A stretch of DNA of 62,974 bases, filler included, from Octopus bimaculoides (lineage: Eukaryota): assembly GCF_001194135.2 (NCBI RefSeq). It is 6 parts of 6 records of this genome, joined end to end, with 100 filler letters (N's around TTAATTAATTAA, not from the genome) between each part and the next. Parts side by side here need not be neighbours in the genome. Positions count along the whole stretch, not along the records: positions 1 to 4,343 come from NC_068983.1; positions 4,444 to 14,438 come from NC_069000.1; 4 more parts are not named here. The stretch is one strand, 5' to 3'. Below the pieces are notes generated by a model. That model was not told the DNA's origin, searched no databases, and saw only the letters and a list, made by a program, of their open reading frames with translations. Positions within the stretch are counted from its first letter, which is position 1, and every line of letters starts with the position of its first letter. This document shows, one piece after another, positions 1 to 9,600 of this stretch. A program made the position numbers and the translations under genes.

Positions 1-50
<50 letters not shown>

Positions 51-689
51 TCATACCTAACTTTCTGTATCTGTGCTTGTGTCCATCTACCTTGTTGAGA
101 TGTTTGTATACATGCAATCTACATCAGTAGCCCTTTGCATGTATGTATTTTATTGAGGTATATACATCCAAACAGTTACTTTCACATGAACATTATGGAA
201 ACAAATAGAAATTAATCAAAAAATTTTCTTCACATTTTCATGTGAGACAAGTTAATATGAAGTCTAATGATTTTATTTCTTTTGTGTGGTTCTTTTTTTT
301 ACAAAGTAATAAGACATTCTTTTATTATATTTATTGCTTAAGATACTAATGAAAATTAATATTGTTATGAATTTGAAATATTTTATCTTAACACAATCAC
401 TTTCAGAAATTAATGTGATGAACTCTAGCATTCTACTCAGAATTATATTAAATGTATCAGTGAGCAGTTCTTATATTTAAATCAAGTCCATAACCTAATG
501 TGACATCATCCTAACAGCTCCTTTTAAACAGAAAGAAAATATCAAAAGAATCAAAATAACAAATGATATAAGCAGTTTCTGATAGAAATGCCAAAGTTTT
601 GGGAAATGTATCTTACAAAACTATTTCTTCTCTAATCATTTCATTCCATTAACTTGAATAAATTCTATATCTTCTATTAATATTATTTG

Positions 690-1082
690 GGGCAGCAGAT
701 TGACAGAATCATTAGAGTATCAGAAAAAATACCTAATAGTTTTTCTTCTAGCTCTTTATATTCTGAGTTCATTCTTCTGGGCTTGATATAGTCAAGTACC
801 AGTCTAGTACTGGGGTAGATGGTATCAACTAACCTCTTGCCCTCAAAATTACAAATCTTTTACCTAAATGAGAAACCAATGTTATTAAGGGTAGTGGATT
901 GGCAGAATCCCTAGAACAATGAACAAAGCAGCTCTTTATGTTCTGAGTTCAAATCCTGCCACAGTCAACTAAACCTTTCATCCCTCCAGGGTTGATAAAA
1001 TAAGTACCAGTCAAATATTGGGTCGATTTAATTGACCAATCTCTTCCCTGTCAAAAATTGCTGACTTTGTCCCTAAATTAGT
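690..1082 (+). mobile_element. Two tandem degenerate copies of tRNA-headed SINE family B
   Basis: Each copy has a GGCAG..GAATC.TTAG head, TTCTGAGTTCA(AAT), AAGTACCAG...GGGT.GAT core; copies at about 690-878 and 890-1082. Confidence 0.7.
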
Positions 1083-2757
1083 ATTAATTATTATCATAAC
1101 TAATTTCCACTGCTAAAGTTAGCAAATCCTCGACACTAACTAATCAGTAGTAATGATAACAACAACGATAATAAGAATAATAATTTTAATTCTAATTATA
1201 GTAGCCAAACACATTTCTCACAAATTTCTTGCTGAATTACTTTTGTGTGTGTATGTTTACACATGTCCATTCTCTATGCTCCTTTCTTTTTATGTGTCAA
1301 TCTATTTGTCAGTCTGTCTATCCATTTTTGTAATGCACTGACTCTAGGTGATATTGAAAACTGCAAACATCACACCAACTCTCTTGATAATTATTAAATG
1401 TTCTATCTTGGAAGTTTTATTTAAAATTGCTTCAGAGAATAGACTCTTTTTTTTTACATCACAAAGCATTTGTGGTGATAATAAAAAATATAATTGTCTG
1501 CTTTCGAAAGCATCTGATGATACCCTGATGGTAACAACTCTAAACCTTTACTCTACAGAACAATAGTTGATTTTGATCTGTGTGAATAATTCTCATCTAA
1601 TATCCACAATTTATTTATTTATTTATTTATTTATTTATTTGTGTGAGTGTGTGTTTTGTTCTTTTTTAATATATTTTGAATATAAATTCTCCATTTATCC
1701 TTGTGCTTTTTTTTTTTTTTCGTTCCTTGCACCAACTTCCCTTCTGTGATAAAAATTGCTTTTAATAAATTTTGTTTTATTTTTATGTTATTTATTGTAC
1801 ATACATACATACATACGTACATACACATATACATACATGCATACATGTATATATTCACTCCTTTTACTTTAGAGAAATGTTGCTAGCTACACTTTGTGTT
1901 CGCCCTCTCTCCGTTGTCTTGCTGTTGTTTTTTTTTTCTTTTATCTCTTGCACTTGCTGTGACAGAGAAAGATGTAAGGATGCTTAAACTGAGGAGCCAA
2001 CAACACCACCAACTTACAGTCAATAGCATACTCATCACTTTACTAGCAACAGCACTACCACCAACAGTAATGCTGGATCAGCACTCTGGTTGTGGCCATG
2101 CTGGCTTTAATGTGGATATTCTTCAGATCTACTTCTTAATGCATGTGATTCCCATTTTGATGACATTAGGAGTTTATAAGGGAGTCCTGGCTGTTACACT
2201 TTGCATATTGCAATAGCCACCTCCCCAGTTCCCTTGAACACTAATCACCATCATTAAGTTGCTACTTTTCTTTTTTTGTCTCTTTTTAATGTGCTTTGCT
2301 TTCCTCTAAATATTTTTGCATCTTATCACTTTTTCTCCTATATTGAAATACCCGTCCCTAAATAATACTGAATTTCTTAATATATTGTTTTTAACTTGCT
2401 TTGTTATTTATCTTCATGTTGTGTGTTTCTTTTTTTTTTTTTTTAAATAACTACCTTTATTTGTTGCTGCTGTTGTTATTGACATTGCATTTCTAAACAT
2501 AACAAGGATATATTGGGGGTTGTGTGTATATGTAAGAAAGAAAAGTGAGAGAGACTGTGTGTTTCTGTATATGTGGTATGACTAGCTTCATGGTCACAAT
2601 GTTAACCACTATATAAAACAAAATGAAAATATTTTCAAGGAAGATGTTTTTTATTAAATATTTTTTAAAAAATATATACACACACATAAACACACACACA
2701 TATACTATATGAATAATACCTGTTTAAAATGTATATGTATGTGTGTGCATATGTATG

Positions 2758-2804
<47 letters not shown>

Positions 2805-3656
2805 ATACATATATATANNNNNNNNNNNNNNNNNNNNNNNNNNNNNNNNNNNNNNNNNNNNNNNNNNNNNNNNNNNNNNNNNNNNNNNNNNNNNNNNNNN
2901 NNNNNNNNNNNNNNNNNNNNNNNNNNNNNNNNNNNNNNNNNNNNNNNNNNNNNNNNNNNNNNNNNNNNNNNNNNNNNNNNNNNNNNNNNNNNNNNNNNNN
3001 NNNNNNNNNNNNNNNNNNNNNNNNNNNNNNNNNNNNNNNNNNNNNNNNNNNNNNNNNNNNNNNNNNNNNNNNNNNNNNNNNNNNNNNNNNNNNNNNNNNN
3101 NNNNNNNNNNNNNNNNNNNNNNNNNNNNNNNNNNNNNNNNNNNNNNNNNNNNNNNNNNNNNNNNNNNNNNNNNTATATATATATACAAACACATATGTAT
3201 ATATATATATATGAAAATTTGTTTGTCAATGCATGTCCCTAAATTCAATATTATCTACCAATGGAGAATTCTTCTAGAAACATTCACACACCTACGTTAT
3301 TTGTTTGTTTACTCCTTCTTTTCATACATGCCAACCTAACATATCATATAGGATAATTATCATGGTTCTGTGTTAAAAATTATTAAAAAGGCCAACATTT
3401 TATACATTTGTTTAATTTTTCTTTATAGGTTAATGTCCTTGTGTGATATCAAAAATATTTGTAAAACTACATATTAATACTTATGATAATACTAAAGCAT
3501 GCTGCCTCACATTTTTTTCATCTTTCTAACAGGTATACATGGTAAATTGTTTTCTCAAATTACATATTGCATATCAACTGCTGTTCCACACAGATCAATT
3601 ATACAGCTTACCTGTTATTGTTGCATGTACATAAACTTATTTATATGTCCCTTTAC

Positions 3657-3699
<43 letters not shown>

Positions 3700-3848
3700 T
3701 ATATATATATATATATATAATTTATATATCATATTATTTATATATATTGTATATATGTATGTCCATGTGAACATATGTGCATGTGTGAGAGATTATGTGC
3801 ATGTGTGAGAGATTATGTGCATATATATATACAGTATATATATATATG

Positions 3849-3904
<56 letters not shown>

Positions 3905-4783
3905 GATACACACATATACATGCATACACACACTCACACATATATCATTGTATGGATACGTGTGTGATTGTATGTTTATATCTAATGCATGTGTGAGTAC
4001 AGGCAGAGAGAGAATTTGGCACTACTTTTAATAAATACTGATTTGATATTGTGTTATTTCATTATATAAGCACATCTTTTGACATAACATAGAAAAAGAC
4101 CATGTGCATATTGTTCAATTCTTCTACTAAAAATAGTGCAATGGCTTATGCTATTAGACCTTTCACTCACCAGATTTCAAGCTGGGCTCAAACTTATCCT
4201 TTCTCATCAACATTTTGTCTCTTACAATCCATATAGACCATATGCAGATCACATGTTACATATTTATACATAAATACCTGCTTATAGATAAATATGTGTG
4301 TTTGCACATATGTCTATATATGTATATATATATATATATATATNNNNNNNNNNNNNNNNNNNNNNNNNNNNNNNNNNNNNNNNNNNNTTAATTAATTAAN
4401 NNNNNNNNNNNNNNNNNNNNNNNNNNNNNNNNNNNNNNNNNNNTTGAATGAAGTTAAAGAAATCAAGTGTAAAACATCTTTATGAATGTATTGAATTATA
4501 TCGTCATGTGACTCATAAAGTGCACATGTAATGACGGCATTATATTATCTCCCTTAGATCGTAAAACAACCACATGCATTATCTCCCTTGCAGTTGCGAA
4601 TCTTTTAACATTAATATTCATACGCAATTATCTGTCATCACAACAAACTGTTTAAAACAGTTACAAAACGATTTATTATGTATGTTTAAAACGTATATAC
4701 AAAAACCACAACTCACGCACGTTGGTGTCTTCCTATATACATGCATGTGTGTGTGTGTACATACAAGAGTTAAAGACTAGAGT

Positions 4784-5138
4784 AGATCCGAGCTACATAT
4801 GTTTCATAGCGAACGGAACTTTGAGAGTGGTAAATATCCAAGTGAGGGGTATATCGCAGGCTAATCATCAGGCGAAAGGAATTTTGATTACATGAAAGTT
4901 TACACTGTCGCAAGGAGACACATGTATTAACGTAGGAGATTCACAAGGAGGTACATGAAAACACACGGTAGGTTCGATCGAATCTGCCGTGTGCTGTCAT
5001 GTACCTCCTTCCGACAATGTAAACTTTCATTTAATCAAAATACCCTTTGACTGACGAGCAGCCTGCGCTATAACCCTCGCTTGAATATTTACCACTTCCC
5101 AGGTTCCGTTCGTTATGAAACATGTGTTGCCCGGATCT
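4784..5138. repeat. Long imperfect palindrome / fold-back (MITE-like) element
   Basis: 4784-4977 is the reverse complement of 4978-5138 about the centre TTCGA|TCGAA, roughly 84% identical by manual alignment, apart from a 33-nt insert (4911-4943) in the left arm bounded by repeated CAAGGAG. Confidence 0.85.
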
Positions 5139-6541
5139 GATCTCTTCAATTCCTTCACTCTTGTATTCTTATTTGCATACCTGGCAACCCTGGTTGCCTA
5201 CCGTGAAATATAAAAAGAATTTTTTTTTCAGCTTATCGTATTTTGATAGCAAAAAAATCCGCAACCTTCCGTCTCAATAAACCACTATTTCCCCTGAAAG
5301 TCGTTTTTTTAATATTTATTACGGACTACTTGAAACTTACTTTCTTCCTACATCTCGATCTATATATAAATATACCTCGACCTATATATAACCTACCAGT
5401 TGCGTACTGGGGTCGATTTAATCGACTGGACCCCTTCCCCAAAATTTCGGGCCTTGTGCCTAGAGTAGAAAATAATGTACACCTTTATCTTCATGGTGCG
5501 GGCAATGTCATGGCAACTCGGAGATTAGAAGACTTAATAAAAGTCAATGCGGTGCCGGGGTAAGTAAAGTCCTTGATGTACTTTAGCGTCTCTGCGTGTA
5601 CAGTCACTGGCTACTCGGGGTCTCTCGATCCGTTAGAAGATCTTGATGAGACGAAACATGTCTCATGCACAAGAAAACCGGTCCACGATGAGTCGTATGT
5701 TTTCAATACACACTCACACACACACATACATACACATACACACACACTCACACATATATATATATATATGCTCCTACTGTCCGTCGCTGGTCGACGTTGC
5801 GTGTGTATATGTTGTGTGCGCCGTGTGTGTATGTATGTATGTATGTGTGCGCGCACACACACATGAATGTATGCATGAGAACGAAACACCACTGAAGCAA
5901 AATACATATACGTACGCATATTCTATGAATATATCCATAGAATATACGGCCCTAATAGGTCTCTCTCTCTCTATCTGTTTATTTATCTATCTATCTATCT
6001 ATCTACCTCACTCACTCTCACACCCTTAAACCACTTAAATTCCCTCTTTCAGTCACTCAGTCCCCTCCTCTCTCATTAGTTCTTAGTCTTTCTCTTCTAT
6101 GTATTATCTTTTCTCACGAAACACTCGACCCTTTTATTAATTTGTCTGTTAAACCAAACCAGGGCAGTCAGATGAATGTATGAAAAAAAACCTGTTTTCT
6201 TCATATTTTTCTTCCTTTCTCTTTTGTTCCCATCACACCCGTCTATACATTTGTACTTATTTATATACTTTTCTAAATCTGGAATTTTTGGAAACAAAAG
6301 AGTTCAGTTTCAGATGAAAGAATTCGAAATAAAACCAAATCTCACGTATTTATTACATTTTAATTACGGTTTTTTTTTTTGTGTTAGTTGTTACGTATTG
6401 AACCACTCCATTTATAACATTCACTCCGATACTCCAGTCGATACTGGATTTGTACATATCCGTTAATTAACTTCGTTAACTAATAATATAATTAGTCACG
6501 AAGAACTATCGCCAAGCATTTATATTTTATTCGGATCAAAC

Positions 6542-6665
6542 ATGACGTCTCGTGGTTATATTACTGTTGGTGAAGGGTCGTCTTGGCGATCTTCAGGTTT
6601 GCCAGCCAAACTGTTGATGTCGATGATGATGATGATACCGATGCTGTCTCCTTACACTTCAGCCA
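6542..6665 (+). CDS. Coding exon 1: N-terminus / putative signal peptide MTSRGYITVGEGSSWRSSGLPAKLLMSMMMMIPMLSPYTSA
   Basis: ATG in CAAACATG context; open for 41 codons + 1 nt; ends at a perfect GTAAGT donor (6666) in phase 1. The hydrophobic Met/Leu-rich stretch ends in T-S-A (small residues at -3/-1). Below the ORF-track length cutoff. Confidence 0.72.
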
Positions 6666-9600
6666 GTAAGTAAAACACAATAAATTTATTTTCTCAACTC
6701 TTAGCTTCTTTCTCTCTTCACCCCTCACGATGGACACTGAATCTTGGGGTCCTTAATGTTAGTCCAGTCGATCCCTCTTCAAAAGTGACTCGGCTGATTT
6801 CTTCCAGAAAGAAAGTAGAGACTAATCGATCCAGTTCGGGACTGGTATATTACTTATCTACTGCACAAGATAAATCTGAACTCAAAAGGACTTAAATTTA
6901 AAGGGCAGAATCCCTCTCCCCTATTCCCAGAACAAATACTTCTAAAGACTCCACAAACACGTCATTCCCATTTCAGGTTAATATATTGTTATATTATCAC
7001 CCAGTAAGTGAGAGATGCGGGGTTCAATTTCCATCACTTACCCTCTTCTTCTTCTTTCATTACGGATTGTGTAACATGATGAACAAAGAAACGAAAGATC
7101 TGAGAAATCGAACGCATTTGATAATCGATGACAGCCAGTAATATTTCTGTAATAACGCAAAACTGAACTAAAAGATATTTTTTCTATTCTATAATAATCT
7201 GTTACAAAATAAGAGGAAAGGTCATTTCTGGACTGTTAATGTATTGAAGACACGGTGTTGTAACTTCGAACTGTGAATACCCATCACTTATTCCTTCATT
7301 TATTTTCTTGAGATTCTTATATTTTATACACCGTAAATTATGATTATTATAAAAATGTTTTAATATTTTAATTTTTCACCCATTCTACTATTTCCCAACT
7401 TACTAAAACTCTCTCCTTCCTTGGTCTATATTTCTGAAACATTTTCAAAATTATATATTTCAAATATCATTGATTTCAATTTTATCAAAAACATTTTTTC
7501 CAAAATTTCAATTTTCTCTACTTCAACTCCTCTTTTTGTNNNNNNNNNNGTGGGGGGGGGGTCTTCAAAAATTTGGCGAATCCTATAATAGACCCTAATA
7601 TGGAATGTCCCAATATGTCTTTTGTTTCTTCTCTTTCATTAATCCCACAGCAACACAAACAATGTTGGTAGACGCATTTGCATCCGGGTCAATGAATCGT
7701 GATGTGCGGAAACTTCTGGGTTTTATCCAACACCGTTGACCATATTGTATGACACCCACAGATGGCAGACCACACACTCACACACACTCATACACACGCA
7801 CACTTACACACGCACACATATATACACGCACACACACACACACGCACACACTCATGCACACTCACACTCACACAAATACACACACAAACACACACACACA
7901 CATACACATATTCTCACAAACACTCACACACATACTCATACATACACATACGCATTCACACATACGTACACACTCACACACCCACTCACTTTCACATACA
8001 CACACATTTATTCAATGCTGGAATGTGAAGTATGTTCTTCGGGGGGATGCAGGTATGGCGAACCTGGAATAATAAATTTGCAGGTCTCAAAGTTTTTCAC
8101 ATTTCAGCGATTTTGTCGGGGTTTTTTGATTGCCTTTATGATGGCCCATCCTAACATGACGGCAGACTACTTCTTTCAATATCAATATAAATTACTTACA
8201 ACCTTTAGCTAACCTCGAAAACAAATGACGATTTTTTAAATATTTCTTTAGGTCACCGTCCCAGAATTAGCAATATTCGGGTAGTTGGTAGGCTTAACGT
8301 TTCTATTCGTAACTTGGCATTTGTTTCTGTGAATATGAAGACGATGTTCAACGCCATTAGAATGCACTGCTGGTTTGTTAGTCCGAAAGATGAGGAATGG
8401 TTGATCATTTTATGCAGGAAGATGGAAGATATCAATCGGTGTAGAACAAAGCAAGGAGAATGAATTGGGAGCAAACAAGAAGTACAGACGACAGAAAATA
8501 ATCAGTACATATTCAGAGTTTACATAAGCTTCTCAGTAGGCTTAGCATAGCGATGAACGCCTTATGGCAGTCTTTCATGTAAAACAAAGATCAAGGAAAT
8601 AAATACAATAACAGCACGACCACATCCTCTTTCTCATTGATCCACAGTACAATGAAATAATGAAAAGAGGCAGTAACAGTAAAGTGTAGTATTATAGCTA
8701 GTGGGTATGAGTTCAATTCCTGAGTTAGTCAATCTCACGCAACGTCTTTGGGTAAAACATTTCAAAAAGCATCAAAATTAATAAAGAGACTAATTAATAA
8801 ATAGAAAATCGCTGATTCAGGTGGAGAACAGAGCGAGGATGATCTAACCCCATGGACTAAATAAAGGGTACGTTACCAGGTTTTGGAAACATTACTTAAT
8901 AGGTGAGGTACCTGAAGATGACCGGACAATACAACAGCCGAAATATTGTGACTATAACAAGCAAGATGAAGAGGACGTTAGTTCAAATATGTATAAAATA
9001 ATGGTAATTCTTGGTCTCAGAAATTCAAACAAAATTTTTTCTCGTTTGTTATGCTATGATTAAATTTTCTTTTCGTTCTTCTTTTCCATCACCCTCTTTC
9101 TTCTTTTCTCTTTTTTAATCCTTCTTTTTCCCCTCTTCTTCTTTCTCTTATACCGTTTCTTTTTCTCCAACTATACTGATTTTTTTCTGTCGTCTGTACT
9201 TCCGGTTTATTCCTTATTCATTCTCTTTGCTTTGTTCTACACCGACTGCAATTTTTCTCCAAATTTTAATAAATCTTCCCTCTTCCATTTTTTCCTTTAT
9301 AGCTATTCAAATGATCGGCTTCTCACCTGCTGATGGTTTCACTATTGGAGCACCAAATGCAATGAACATTTTATGTTCATACGCAACGACGAATTTCATT
9401 TCGTTCCGCCTTATGCAAAACAACAATTCCGTTGTAGAGATGCAATACAACCAAATATCTGAGCGCTTTGAAACTACAAAGAACGAGAAAGATTTCAGAT
9501 GTACTTTAACCCGATCTCCATTAAATTCTGGTATGGTTAGTTGTAAAAAATGGAACCTCACTTGCAAGGATGTGGCATCATACAGATGTCTTTTATCAGA

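Noticed and set aside
1348-1397. Possible phase-1 terminal exon (DIENCKHHTNSLDNY*) of an upstream gene
   Set aside because: Too short, and no partner exon in the window to support it.
2665-3339. Long ORFs containing X-runs and YIYIYI/THTHTH/CVCVCV (here and at ~16.1, 21, 30.5, 36-37, 55.6-56.7, 57.5, 60.5 kb)
   Set aside because: Produced by N gaps and TA/CA microsatellites that lack stop codons.
4388-4399. TTAATTAATTAA recurring inside N-runs (also 14483-14494, 33727-33738, 46133-46144, 53970-53981), superficially a regularly repeated motif
   Set aside because: It sits in the middle of a fixed 100-bp gap (44 N + 12 + 44 N where I counted) and gives stops in all six frames: an assembly linker, not biology.
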